A DNA stretch of 63,356 bases, filler included, from Basidiobolus ranarum (GCA_040143965.1; 55 parts of 55 records of this genome joined end to end with filler, not necessarily neighbours in it), one strand, 5' to 3'; shown: positions 11,298 through 24,098, counted from the whole stretch's first letter. Numbers and translations: made by a program. Notes: generated by a model from the sequence alone, not told the origin.

Positions 11298-11483
11298 ATG
11301 ACTGCTCAATCCAAGACTAAGATTTTCATCATCCTCTACACTGTCTATGGCCATATCTATGAGTTGGCTAAATCAGTCAAGAAGGGAATCGAGAAGAGTG
11401 GCAATATTGAGGTCACTATCTACCAGGTTCCTGAGACCCTATCAAATGAAATCCTTGCTAAGCTTCACGCTCCACCCAAGCCA
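11298..11483 (+). CDS. WrbA/Pst2-like flavodoxin NAD(P)H:quinone oxidoreductase, N-terminus (3'-partial)
   Basis: KIFIILYTVYGHIYELA..V..G...YQVPETLS.EIL.KLHAPPK; AAAATG start context. Confidence 0.93.
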
Positions 11484-11583
11484 NNNNNNNNNNNNNNNNN
11501 NNNNNNNNNNNNNNNNNNNNNNNNNNNTTAATTAATTAANNNNNNNNNNNNNNNNNNNNNNNNNNNNNNNNNNNNNNNNNNNN

Positions 11584-12530
11584 AATACTTCCAGTCTTTG
11601 AATTTGAATAAATGCCTAGATGAGTAGATATTGATGGGAGTCCTGGTAAAATATGATGGTATCTTGACATTTTCAAGCATTTTTGCAATTGATTCAAACT
11701 TTGATCCTATTGTGAATGGCTCATGGAGATTGAATTTTCCACTATATAGCTGAGTAAGTAGTATTGGAATGTTTTTGAATAGTATGTGCATAGTGCCTAA
11801 TGGGAAGCTCTGGCCCCAGCTGATCCTCTTTAGCAATATAAGCTTAGGCCTACAGCTAATACAAAGTTTGATGTTAGACAGACTATGTGATGAATTGTTA
11901 TCAGTGATCATATGGAAATCTGACCAGGCTCTTCATGGTAAAATCATGAAGTTTAGTGTTCTATTTTGATAGTAGTAATGCATATGCCTGATAGAGTAGA
12001 CTCTATTGATTTGACAAAATCTGCAGCAAGATAGTGCATTATGCCTACAAAAACCTCCAAGTTTACTGATGACAGGACTGTCACCAATACATATCATGAT
12101 ATTGGCTTCAATATAATATTTGCCCATCTGAGCCCCATTAGATAACCATTCAAATTCCGCAGTCAAGGGCTCCAAGAAGCTATCTATAAGCACTGGTGAT
12201 TTGGGTCCAGATATGATGGATAGTGTCAAAATATTATGACTCTTATACTGTTCAGAAAGAGGAAGATTTAAGTTGATTAAAATTATTGGCCAGCAAGCAT
12301 ATCCAACGATATAGTTGTTTAGTGTGAAACCATCAAGAGCCAATGCATGATCATATATGTTCTCAAAGAAACCTTAACTTTACAGATTCTGGTAGTGATA
12401 ACCATCAAGTATATTGATAATACCATCAGCTTAACAGTGAATACTTTGGTATTGAATCAATGAACTATATTTGGGTGTTTCATCAAAACTTTAAGTCAGG
12501 GACTCAATGGTATGTGAGCCAAATGCAAAC
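11584..12530 (-). mobile_element. CACTA/EnSpm Tnp2 (Transposase_21-like) core
   Basis: ALDGF, WPIILINLNLP, ISGPKSP..IDSFLEPL, IGDSP...KLGG, CRFC motifs. Confidence 0.9.
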
Positions 12531-12741
12531 AAGTGGTTCTCTCTTTTAACTTCCTGTCGGATCGTAGTCAAGATCCTTCTTACTTGATTGAATTCTCAGA
12601 GGAAGAGAACTGATTTATAATGAGCACTTTCGAAAAGGTTGNNNNNNNNNNNNNNNNNNNNNNNNNNNNNNNNNNNNNNNNNNNNTTAATTAATTAANNN
12701 NNNNNNNNNNNNNNNNNNNNNNNNNNNNNNNNNNNNNNNNN

Positions 12742-12858
12742 TAGTGTCCGATTGAGTGTTATAGGACCCAGCCATGATTATTGACAGCTTGCGCCAGATG
12801 GTGTACTAGCAGGCTGGGTCGAGCAGCACGATCTGACCTGGTCCGATGGAACAAGTCT
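12742..12858. mobile_element. End of a CpG-rich TIR element inserted in Copia RT
   Basis: Ends GGTCCGATGGAACAAGTCT then AAT; the same TIR starts at 21874. Confidence 0.7.
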
Positions 12859-12861
12859 AAT

Positions 12862-13798
12862 TCACCCATAGCAGTCATCTAAAATTGGTTTGATAAGCAA
12901 CTTTTTGTCTGATAAAGTGCTTATAGATCATTTGTAGCTATGATTCAGTCATCCACATCTAGTGCAAAGATAAGGATCCTATTTCCAGTTGTTTTGATGT
13001 ACATACTGTGATCAGCTGTGCATTTTTGGAATTTCAGATATTCCAAATAGATATATATCTTGCTGTACCATGCCCTGGGTGCTTGCTTGAGTCCATAGTG
13101 TGAATTTTGCAGTTTACACACCATATTTGGATGTTCTGGGTCAACAAATCCGTCTGGTTACTCCATATAGATCTCTTCTTCTTAATTTCCATTCAGAATG
13201 GCTGTTTTTACATCCATTTGATGTATATCAAGGGTATGGATGGCTGAGAGTGCCAGGATTGATCTAATAGAGCTAAACTTAGCTAATGGGGCAAAAGCAC
13301 CATTTGAATCAACTCCTGGAGTCTGGGAATAGCCTTTTGCAACTAATCTTGCTTTGTACTTTTCTATGATGCCATCAGCTTGGTTTTTGACTTTGTAGAT
13401 GCATTTGCAACCTATTGGCTCTCTCCCTGATGGAAGAGAACTTAAAATGCATGTTTTATTGTCCTGAAGTGAAGAAAACTCATCTGACATGGCTTTTTTC
13501 CATAATTTTGATTTTGGACACTTCAGAGCTTGATCTAGAGTCTGTGGCTTGTCACAGATTGCTGCATAAGCATGTTCATCCTCATTGGAAGTGTTTCACC
13601 AGTTTTCTGGCTTATTTCTCCTTTTGGATGATTTTCTGGGTCCTGAATTAACCTTTGATGTAATTGGGATTGAAACTTTGGTTGGATAGGGCTCAAATAT
13701 AGCTGGAATTTTGTCTGACACTTCCTGAATAGTGCTGACTGTGTTTTCTGGATCAAGAGCTGTGATTTGAGGTGAAAAATTTACTTTTTCATCAAAAA
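12862..13798 (-). mobile_element. Copia IN-RT linker and RT N-terminal half
   Basis: YKARLVAKGYSQ, HQMDVKTA.LNG, YGLKQAPRAWY. Confidence 0.93.
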
Positions 13799-13898
13799 NN
13801 NNNNNNNNNNNNNNNNNNNNNNNNNNNNNNNNNNNNNNNNNNTTAATTAATTAANNNNNNNNNNNNNNNNNNNNNNNNNNNNNNNNNNNNNNNNNNNN

Positions 13899-14844
13899 TA
13901 ATATACTTCAACACTATTTAAGCGCTTTTGCAAAGTTCAGCGAATTAAGCAAGAAACTACTGCCCCCTATTCACCTCAACAAAATAGAGTTGCTGAAAGA
14001 GCCAACAGGACTTGAATAGAAATGGCAGGGTTGGTGATATATGCACAAAATTTATCTTATAACTTTTGAATGGAATCTGTTGCTACAACCATGTATCTGA
14101 GAAATAGGGTCTTTACTGGAAGTCTCTCTAACTGTACACCATGTTAAGCTTGGCTTGGAGTTAAACCTGCTGTAACATTTGATGATCTTTGGATGCAATT
14201 CCTATATCAAAATTATGACCAAAAATTGGTCTAAATTTGGTCCAAAAAGTATGAAACGCATATTTCCAGGTTATTGCATTTAAACTAGGGCCAGAAGACT
14301 CTATGATACCCAATTTCTAAGTTAATCAAGTCCTGGGATGTTTTGTTCAATGAAAATTAAAAATAATTGTCCCAAATAATTACAATAATGACAAAAATCA
14401 ATTTTGTTGGTTTCCAATCACTTGAATTGATACAAATCAAATCATTACAGAAGATAGCACTCCTGTAGACCCTTCAACTAGAATCTGTAGCACCTTTATC
14501 CCAAGCCAGGAGATCAAATGGGTTCAGAAATAGGCCTGATTAGTGTATCAATGAGTCCCAAAATTGGGCCTATGCCTGCACATATCAAATTCATGAACCC
14601 CAGACTGTAGAAGGGGCCCTTAAAGGCCCTCACACAAAATCCTAGTGCCTTGCAATGGCTGAAGAGTACCAGGCTTTGATTGATAATAAAACTTGGATTT
14701 TAACCAACTTACCAGATGAAAGAAAATCAATTAGCTGATAACAGGTGTTTAAAGTACAATACAACTCTGACGGTGATATAGAAAGGTACAAGGCTAGACT
14801 AGTAACCAAAGGATATTCCCAAATACCAGGAATAGATTACACAA
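13899..14844 (+). mobile_element. Copia A integrase-RT fragment, decayed
   Basis: Collinear with 1200-2180. Confidence 0.92.
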
Positions 14845-14955
14845 TGTTGAAATTAGGTAAATAGCAACTCATTATTTAGTAGTTAGTTTATTCATATTCT
14901 GATTATTTAGTACTCAATTCTGTCATTCAAAAACGTGTGTTTATTGCTCTAATTG
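14845..14955 (+). repeat. Probable start of another LTR (TGTTGAAATTAGG...) inserted in RT
   Basis: Abrupt loss of RT homology at a TGTTG. Confidence 0.55.
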
Positions 14956-15055
14956 NNNNNNNNNNNNNNNNNNNNNNNNNNNNNNNNNNNNNNNNNNNNT
15001 TAATTAATTAANNNNNNNNNNNNNNNNNNNNNNNNNNNNNNNNNNNNNNNNNNNN

Positions 15056-15093
15056 ACTCTAGCAAGGTGCTCTAACCACTGAGCTACCAGACC
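15056..15093 (-). tRNA. tRNA-like 5' half (tRNA, pseudo-tRNA or SINE head), truncated by the contig end
   Basis: GGTCTGG-TA-GCTC-AGTGGTTA-GAGC-A-CCTTG-CT-AGA: acceptor 5' strand, perfect D-arm, Pol III A-box. Confidence 0.65.
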
Positions 15094-15276
15094 TTGTATG
15101 CTATGCCTCTATTGCTAGGGAACCTTAACCTAGTCTGTCAATGTATGGTACTTTGGCATTTCAGCTATACAAGCAACTGATTGGCCTTAGACTTTGTGTT
15201 CAGATGCAGCCACCATACTCCATATTTTCCTCTTTGGGAATTACTGCTTGTACCACAAGTCACCAGACTTTCAACA

Positions 15277-16111
15277 TGCACTCTCTGTAATGTCAACCTC
15301 TTAAACTTATGGAACTTTTCCCTCTTCCAAAAAATTGGATGAAACAAATCAACAAGTTTGGAAAATTAAAATGAAAATGCTGCTGCAAGAAAAAGGACTT
15401 TGGGACACTGTTGTAGGAGAAGAAAACAATGCAAAACTATCCGAAGCCAAAATTTCACTCCAAATTAAAAAAGAACAAAGTGCCTTTAACACAATTTGTC
15501 TTAATGTCAAAGACAAATTTCTAATTCAATGTTCAAGAGCTAAAACTGCCAAGAAGGTATGGAAAGCCTTGGAAGACACCTACCAAACAAGTTCTGCTGC
15601 CCACAAGATGTGTCTAAGTAGACAATTATTTAACTTAAAGATGAAACCAGGAGAAGACATTAAATCACTAATTAATAGAGTCACTTTTTTAGTGGATGAA
15701 ATGGAATGCATTGGAGTACCTACCACTGAGCAAGATATCATAGTTACAGTCCTGAATAGCCTGCCACATGAGTTTCAGAGCCTAGTAATGGGTGCCTAGT
15801 AGTGGCTCTATAATCAAGACCAGAAAAATTGACCTTAAATTATGTATTTGGCAGACTTCTGGATGAAGATTTATGCAAATCAGGACTGAACCAAAAGAAT
15901 GAAGAAAATCCTTTAATAGGCTATCGGAAACCTTCCTATAAAGGTCAAAAGCACTTTGAGAAGAAAAGTAACACATTCTGTGATTACTGTAAAAGAACTT
16001 GCCATTTAAGCAAAGATTGCTTTAAAAGAATTGCATAAGAAGAAAAACATACTGAATCTGGAAATGTGGTTACAACAGAAGATCACTTGTTCATATCTGC
16101 TCTATCTATGA
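15277..16111 (+). mobile_element. Copia A gag (UBN2-like domain and CCHC knuckle)
   Basis: KLD..N.QVWKIKMKMLLQEKGLW, VLNSLP, CDYCKRTCHLSKDC. Confidence 0.93.
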
Positions 16112-16211
16112 NNNNNNNNNNNNNNNNNNNNNNNNNNNNNNNNNNNNNNNNNNNNTTAATTAATTAANNNNNNNNNNNNNNNNNNNNNNNNNNNNNNNNN
16201 NNNNNNNNNNN

Positions 16212-17267
16212 TCATGCCACAAGACAAATGATTAAAGAAGCCCTGCTATTATTGTAACAAATTGTTGTGCTATGAAAGCTGGAGGCTTCATAGAAAAATT
16301 AATCACAAGCATGGTCACTGTAAAATGCCACCAGCTGCACAAAGCCTGGTGTATAACAACCGTAATAAGTGCACTAAATTGACTTTGGTTTTGCCTATTG
16401 CATGCACTGACTGTACTTTGCCTGAAAGTTTTGGTGACACTGCCAAAAGTCAAGATACCATGGAGTTACCACAGTTATATGAATAGAATGATATAGGTAG
16501 AAATGCTACTTTGGTCAAGACAGTAAGTCCAGACAACTTTGAGGACTTGCTGCTAGATGTTGACCTCACTTAGTCCAGTACCAATGGTAGTATATCAGAA
16601 GTTGAAGAAAAAGATGACAGCTTTGTTACAGACTCTTTGTTATTGGCAAGCAGTAGTCCACTCATAACATTTACTGTAAAGGAAGCTGCTTTGCTTATTG
16701 AGGAGTGGAGAGTTCAATCCAATTGTATCAACCAGGTATTTATTGGTTTTCTTACACTTTTACCACAGTTGATTGGCAACTGTTGCTTGCCACAGTCCTG
16801 GTACAAGTGGAAAACACTTGTCAATTGTTTGACTCATAATCCTTCAGTACTAGACTACCTTCATGTCCAAATGGTTTTTTGGCTCTTGTCAGTGATCTGA
16901 AAAGCCTGAAGCATGTGCTGTTTACACACAATTGACAATCACTGAATCAGGTAAATATTGCTCCAATTTGGCTTACATACCATTGATTTCCCATCTTAAA
17001 GTTTTGATGTAATCACCCAAATATAGATCATTGATCCAATACCAAAGTACTCAGCACAGAGCTGATGGTATTACCTATAAACTTGATGGATTTCACTACT
17101 AGAATCTGAAAAGTCAAGGTATCTTTGAGAACATGTATGATCATGCATTTGCATTGGCTCTGGATGGTTTCTCACTAAATAAATACACCACTGGAAAGGC
17201 TTGCTGGCCAATAATTTTAATCAACTTAAATCTTCATCCTTCTGAATGGTATAAGAGTCATAATATT
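16212..17267 (+). mobile_element. CACTA transposase gene, 5' third (ATG 16214), decayed
   Basis: Runs from the Cys/His N-terminus into FALALDGF...WPIILINLNL. Confidence 0.88.
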
Positions 17268-17367
17268 NNNNNNNNNNNNNNNNNNNNNNNNNNNNNNNNN
17301 NNNNNNNNNNNTTAATTAATTAANNNNNNNNNNNNNNNNNNNNNNNNNNNNNNNNNNNNNNNNNNNN

Positions 17368-18423
17368 TTTACCAGGACTCCCATCAATATCCACTCATCT
17401 AGGCATTTATTCAAATGCAAAGACTGGAAGTATTGGATTTGTATATATTCAAGTGGAATTTTGAAAAGATTTCTGCCTGATAAGTATTGGCAACATTGGG
17501 AGTTGTTTGTGGATATTGTTAATATATTCTTACGGCATCAACTCACATTGGCAGATCTCAGGCAGATACAGCGACTGTGCAAAGATTTTGTAATTGGATA
17601 TGAAAAACTTTATTACAGGTTTAAAGAAGATAGACTGAATCTATGCCGGTATTCAATACATTCCCTGCTGCATCTTTCACAATGCTTAGAGATTATAGGC
17701 CCTTGCTATACATTCTGGGAGTTCCCAATGGAGCGCACCTGCGGTGAAATGATGCTCCGTGTGAAATTGTCAGTATTACCGTATGCTAATCTGATTAACA
17801 ATGTATCAGCAAAATCAGTGATGGATGTAATGCAATGGGTTAAGGAGACTCCAGAGTATATTCACCTGCCAACAAAGGGCTCTTTTCAATGTGCTCACGG
17901 GTTTTCACATTGTTTGAGCACAATAACAGCAACAAAGCCCAATCCATGGACACAGAGTAAGTACCTTTATAATCGGACTAATTTGCTTGTGTGATAATCT
18001 GACGGTTTTTTTAGGAAAGCTGCAAGACAGACTTCTTGGTGAGATAGATGGAGATACGCAGTATTATCGTTTTAGCCATGGGGTAATCTATTCAAGCAAT
18101 GACACATCTACTTGTGGCAGGACATTTGTTGACTGCAAGTCGGGGATATATTGGCTGAATTCTTTACGGAAATTTGCCAAAATCCAAGAGCTTATTCTCA
18201 TTGTGAACGGTAACAAGAGTCAGCTATTTGCCAAGTGTCAGTGCTATTCAAAATTTCAGATGTTTAGCAATTTTTCCACCATTAGTTTGCTGGTAAAGCA
18301 TATTGATGTTGTTGAGTTATGTCTAATCAGTCAAATATGTGCATATGTAGAGACTAAACACAACAAGATTCTTGTATTTTTTGATTCTCATTATGGCTGG
18401 AATACAAAGCCTAAAATATCTAA
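17368..18423 (+). mobile_element. CACTA transposase gene, 3' part (DUF4218-like), comparatively young copy
   Basis: K.KDWK.W, YEKLYY, HSLLHL..C...GP...WEFPMER; long ORFs; CpGs retained. Confidence 0.9.
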
Positions 18424-18523
18424 NNNNNNNNNNNNNNNNNNNNNNNNNNNNNNNNNNNNNNNNNNNNTTAATTAATTAANNNNNNNNNNNNNNNNNNNNN
18501 NNNNNNNNNNNNNNNNNNNNNNN

Positions 18524-19579
18524 GAGATGAAAAGGAACCTGCTGCCCCTTCTTTATTGGAAGCTTACAAGAAAGGAGACAAGAAGGCCTTTAATGTTATT
18601 TGTCAAAGTTTGAAGGATTTACAACTTGTCAATATTCAATAGCCAAGACTTCCCATCAAGCTTGGACTATATTGGAAGAGTGTTATGAAGCAAAGAGTCT
18701 TGCTAATAGACTCTTTCTCAGACAATAATTCTTCAATATAAAGATGGAAAAGTCTGAAAGCATGGTTACTTGTATTGCAAATGTGAGATCTTTGGCAAAA
18801 CAACTGGAGAATATTGGTGCAACTTTACAGGAAGAAGATGTCATTGTGACTCTTCTAAGTAGTCTACTGGAAAAGTATTCAAACTTGGTCCCAGCTTTGG
18901 AAGCAAGATCTGACAAATTGTCTTTGGAGTTTGTGGTAGCAAGGAAAATGGATCAACATCTCAGAAGTAAGAATTTGGAAAAAGAATCTGAGGAAGTGGC
19001 TCTTTTTGGAGCTGGAAAACATAGCTTTGGCAAGTACAAAGGTAACAAAAGAAGGAAACCAGGTTTATGCAATGGTTGTTACAAACTAGGACACCTGATA
19101 AAAGATTGCAAATCAAGAATTTACAACAAAAAGGTAAAAGTCAGAACAAGCAAATCAGGTTTCAACCAAAGAGGAAGTTTTATTCATTTCTACCCTATCA
19201 GTGACCTCTGAATAAGACTGTAGGTTGTGGCATATTGATTCTGGAGCCTCTCAACATTTTACTAATCAAAAAAACTGGTTTAAGACACTCAAAACTAACA
19301 GAAACAAGAAGGTTTATATGGGAGATGACTGGCCACTAGAAGCTCTGGGAGTGGGAGAAATTGAAGTGGATCTTGGGGGCACCACTGGGGACATGTGTTT
19401 TAAACTGATAAGTGTGCTATATGTGCCTGGGATAGCAAAAAATATGTTATCAGTGAGTAAAGCAACATCTGAGGGATAAAGCTTTAATTTTGATCAAAAT
19501 GGCTGTGAACTCATGGATCAAAAAGGGAATTACGTAGCTTCTGGAGCTAAGCAAAATAACTTGTATAAACTTCATCATA
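18524..19579 (+). mobile_element. Copia family B gag-protease
   Basis: LL.SL.E.Y, CNGCYKLGHLIKDC, WHIDSGASQH, LYVPGIAKNMLSV; overlaps the gag start at 51965-52258. Confidence 0.93.
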
Positions 19580-19850
19580 NNNNNNNNNNNNNNNNNNNNN
19601 NNNNNNNNNNNNNNNNNNNNNNNTTAATTAATTAANNNNNNNNNNNNNNNNNNNNNNNNNNNNNNNNNNNNNNNNNNNNTAATTGCTGTTAGTATATTTG
19701 GATATTGGGAAAAATGTAAGAAGAAGGAGAGTCATACCCTTGGCCTGGTTAATGAACTTGCAAATGTAGTAATTCTCTTTGCAAGTGCAAAGCTTCTGAC
19801 ATCATGTAAGCATTTGCACCTTTTGTCCAAGGTATTGAGCTGGAACACAA

Positions 19851-20198
19851 TGTTGAAATTAGCATTGCCTAAACATCTATATAGTCATATATAGCTTAGT
19901 ACTTAGTTATCTTTTAATTCACCAAGATATTATCAATTATTCTCAATTGGAATTTACTTGGAATATTTTTACCAATTTAGAAGTTCTCAGATAAATTGAT
20001 TTTTCAAACTTGTGCTAGAAGCCCCAAACTTTGCACACATGTTCCTGGGACCTTCCTTAACTTATTCTACATGTCAGTTTGTTTACATCTTGACAAAACT
20101 ATAAATGTCAACTTTCTACTCAATAAATCAATAAGTGAAAAACAACAATTCCTCTAATTCTCCAAACCACTTCCAACAGGCTCCCAAATACTTTAACA
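19851..20198 (+). repeat. Solo LTR of Copia family A (348 bp) with 5-bp TSD
   Basis: TGTTGAAA...TTTAACA; flanks CACAA / CATAA. Confidence 0.93.
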
Positions 20199-20835
20199 CA
20201 TAAATGGTATTACCTTTATCAACCACCATCTTGAGGATTTTTCTAGGTCTCAGAAGGTAAATATGCAAAGTGTGAATAGAAAAATGATGTTGTGAGGAGA
20301 AGAGATATTGAATGGCTTTTTATGGACTTCTTGGACAAGTACTTGATGATGTTCTCATGATCATAGGCTGCTTTGAGAGGAGTACTAACAATGAAGTAAA
20401 CTTTCACTCCTCACTTATTGCAATGATGTTGATCTAGGATTGCTAGGATTGAGCAGGATACTTGCTAATTTTGCATCTCTAGCCTGTGCATGATTCATGC
20501 TAACTCAGGTCTGCCTAATGATGCATATAGCAGCTTATTATAGCTCAACATATGCTAAATGGATTAGATAGATTTTATGTTGTATTAAAAACTTTGTAGT
20601 TGGTCTAGTTACATGTGTAAACAGCCATCTATCTACATGTCAGGTGTGTATACATTTCCCTCTGCATCAGAGAGAAAAATTAAGTGAAGAACATGGGATC
20701 AGCAAGTGTATACTACTGCTCCAGTGAGGAACTATNNNNNNNNNNNNNNNNNNNNNNNNNNNNNNNNNNNNNNNNNNNNTTAATTAATTAANNNNNNNNN
20801 NNNNNNNNNNNNNNNNNNNNNNNNNNNNNNNNNNN

Positions 20836-21541
20836 ATAGTATGATGGTATTTCTAGGAAAGCTGCAAGACAGACTTCTTGGGGAGATAGATCAAGATATG
20901 CAGTATTATAGTTTTAGCCATGGGGTAATCTATTCAATCAATGATACATCTACTAGTGGCAGGACATTTGTTGACTGCAAGTTAGGGATATGTTAGCTGA
21001 ATTCTGTATGGAAATTTGCTAAAATCCAAGAGCTTATTCTCATTGTGAACTGTAACAAAAGTCAGCTATTTGCCAAGTGACAGTGCTATTCAAATTTCAG
21101 ATATTTAGCAACTTTCCACCATTACTTTGCTGGTAAAGCATATTTATACTGTTGAGTTAAGTCAAATCAGTCAAGTATATGCATATGTAGAGACTAAACA
21201 CAATGATATTCTTGTATTGTTGATTCTCATTATGGCTGGAATACAAAGCCTAAAATATCTATATAAAGGCATGCATATTAATTGGAATTCCTACAACAGT
21301 AAACCCAGTGATTTGCCATTCAAAAATGATATTTTTGCAAAAATTGCTGGATATTGAAAAACGCATGCCAAATTTGAGGATCAAAATTTCAACATGTGCA
21401 AATACCATTAAGAAACTACCATCACACCATTAAAATCCGTGGCAGAGTGCAAGCCACCAATATTGTGATGGTTCTCTGATGGTTTTGCTCTTTTGGATGG
21501 TGGATCCAATCCAGATCCAATCAATTCTATTTTTGTTAGGG
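20836..21541 (+). mobile_element. CACTA transposase 3' end and transposase-side TIR
   Basis: Collinear with 18000-18423; ends ATTTTTGTTAGGG. Confidence 0.87.
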
Positions 21542-21870
21542 CTAAGTATACTATACTTCTGTGGATTGGTTTGCAGCTGGAAAACCAATCTTTCTTCTTT
21601 GACACACACTGGGTAGCTCATTTATCACTATACCACATTTCTGCATCCTCTTTAGTGATCTCTACTAGTGTGAATATAAAAAATGATCCCTATCATTGTC
21701 AACTTGCTTTGCTTGGTCCAATTTGGGCTTTTTGAACAATATCCTTTACCTCTATTCTTCAATCAAATGATCTGTTGGCTGCAGTACTTGCAGAAAACTG
21801 ATTTCATATAAGTGATACCATTAGTGAAGCCTGTTGCAAGTTTCACAGATCCAAAAAATGTCTCATGCAC
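21542..21870 (-). mobile_element. Copia family D knuckle-protease fragment
   Basis: Collinear with 24425-24760. Confidence 0.8.
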
Positions 21871-21873
21871 ATT

Positions 21874-21891
21874 ACACTTGTTCCATCGGAC
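21874..21891. mobile_element. TIR (ACACTTGTTCCATCGGAC) preceded by ATT
   Basis: 17/18 match to the reverse complement of 12841-12858. Confidence 0.65.
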
Positions 21892-21991
21892 NNNNNNNNN
21901 NNNNNNNNNNNNNNNNNNNNNNNNNNNNNNNNNNNTTAATTAATTAANNNNNNNNNNNNNNNNNNNNNNNNNNNNNNNNNNNNNNNNNNNN

Positions 21992-22572
21992 CTATCCATA
22001 TTTTCTACAGAGGGTTGTTCAATAGTGGGCAAAGTAGTCATTTTGGAAGTTGATGGTCTTGATGGTGTTTTGGTTGAACTTTGCTCAACTATTGATTTAC
22101 TAAGTAATTGCGGGATTACAATCTCTTCACTTGCACTATTGGTGGAAAGGAACATATCTGGTAAATTGATTAATGCTTCATCATTACTTGAGTTAGTTTC
22201 TGGCATGTTAATGCCTTGCAAAGTGGATAGTGGATTGCTACACTGCTCAACAATTAGGTCCTCCATTCTTGCTGGTTTTTTTCCTTTTATGCCAGCAGGC
22301 TTTGGCTTGGAAGCCAAATTTGACTTAGATTTTGAACACTTTTTGAATGGCATTGAAATTTTCAGATGGTAAACTTGGTCTAATGAAATTGCATAGAAAT
22401 AGCTTATAATAAACCAAAATTACCATCCATTACCAGAAATATCTTGTAAATCCCCTGATGAATCATCTGTGACACCATCTCAGAATCAGCTGATGATATT
22501 GATGGGCTGTACCTAAAATACCACCCTTACATGGGAGGTGTTCTTTTTTTAACAATATCCTTCTCATGCCAC
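21992..22572 (-). mobile_element. CACTA ORF2 N-terminus (ATG 22353) and divergent spacer
   Basis: MPFKK.SKSKS.LAS.PKP; collinear with 48775-49350. Confidence 0.85.
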
Positions 22573-23047
22573 TGTAGTGGTGTAGCATTGCTACCCACTG
22601 GCAGGTTGACTTACTTCCATTCCAAGCTGATATCATTAATATTACACAATTTATATATCATTATCCTTATTTGACTTACCCATATTTTCTAGCCAATCAT
22701 ATCACACTATCAGTATTAACCCCTATTATCTCAGATTTATCAGTATTAACCCACACTAGCCCTATTATTTTCTGGAAAATTCTACAATCTTCCAGAACTT
22801 TCCACAAGATACTTGGAATATTTGTTTATTGATTAAGTTTTGACTAATCAAAACTTGATTTTGCCTGAACAGTCCATGACTCTCTGGATTTTTCTACAAC
22901 CTTCCGGAACACTCTATGGATTACTAATCTCATGATTAATGATGATATCATAACCCCAGATCCCTACCAATAGAAATCTCTGGAACTTTCAAGATAACTC
23001 TCGTTAGAAATCATAGCTACCTTCATAAATGTATAAACAGGAGCCAT
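22573..23047 (+). repeat. LTR-like repeat F, copy 1, inserted at the CACTA transposase start
   Basis: Starts TGTAG; collinear with 23179-23652. Confidence 0.65.
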
Positions 23048-23178
23048 NNNNNNNNNNNNNNNNNNNNNNNNNNNNNNNNNNNNNNNNNNNNTTAATTAAT
23101 TAANNNNNNNNNNNNNNNNNNNNNNNNNNNNNNNNNNNNNNNNNNNNTGCATCTTAGACCCTAAAACAACTACACTGG

Positions 23179-23779
23179 TACAGTGGGGCTGCATTGCTAC
23201 CCACTGGCAGGTTGACTTATTTCCTCTCCAAGCTCACATCATCACTATTGCACAATTTCTATTTTATTATCCATATTTGACTAACCCATATTTTTTAACC
23301 AATCATATTGAACTATTAGTATTCTCCCCTATTATCTCCAATATATCAGCTTAACCCACCTTAGCCCTATTATTTTCTGGAAAATTCTACAATCTTGCAG
23401 AACATTCCATAAGATTCTTGGTATATTTGATCATTGATTGAGTTTTGACCTAACAAAACTTGAATTTTCCAGAACAGTCCATCACTTTTTGGATTATTCA
23501 ACAACCTTCCAGAACATTCAATGGATAACTAATCTTATGATTTATGGAGAAATAGTAACCCCAGATCCCCACCAACAGAAGTCCCTGGAACTTTCCACAA
23601 ATTCTGATTAGTAATCATTTCTACCATCCGAAAAGTATAAATAGGACCCATATCTTTTCAAACAAAAATCATCCTAGTTTACAACAAACAATTACTACTT
23701 GTTATCACCTCTTATTTTCATCACTGCATACAAGAGCTTTGAAGAGGAAGCCCAAGAGAGTCAACTAGAGGCAGTTACA
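23179..23779 (+). repeat. LTR-like repeat F, copy 2 (3' boundary tentative)
   Basis: Homology to copy 1, TATA-like GTATAAATA, candidate end GTTACA. Confidence 0.55.
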
Positions 23780-24098
23780 GGCTACTCTGTGACTAGAAAG
23801 GACTTGACCAGCTCAAAGGAAGTACTGACAGGTAGGTGTTATATTTCTGAATATTTATACTTTTTTTCCCTTGCTTTGTCTGCATAGGCAAGGAACCTTT
23901 CATATCTTTGGATAAATCTCTACTAGTGCATCTGCATTCAAGACCCTGCTGGCTGAGATTACAGTTGTTTTTGATTGGATATACCCTTTTTATCTGATCA
24001 TTCTCAAAGGACAGTGAAGCCAATATATTTTTTTGTCAGGTGCCAGCATATGATTCAACAGAAAGCTGGACATTGCAATGTGGTTTATTAGTTGTTTT

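Noticed and set aside
22025-22372. Hydrophobic ORF (also 48972-49301)
   Set aside because: Antisense shadow of the Lys/Ser-rich ORF2 N-terminus
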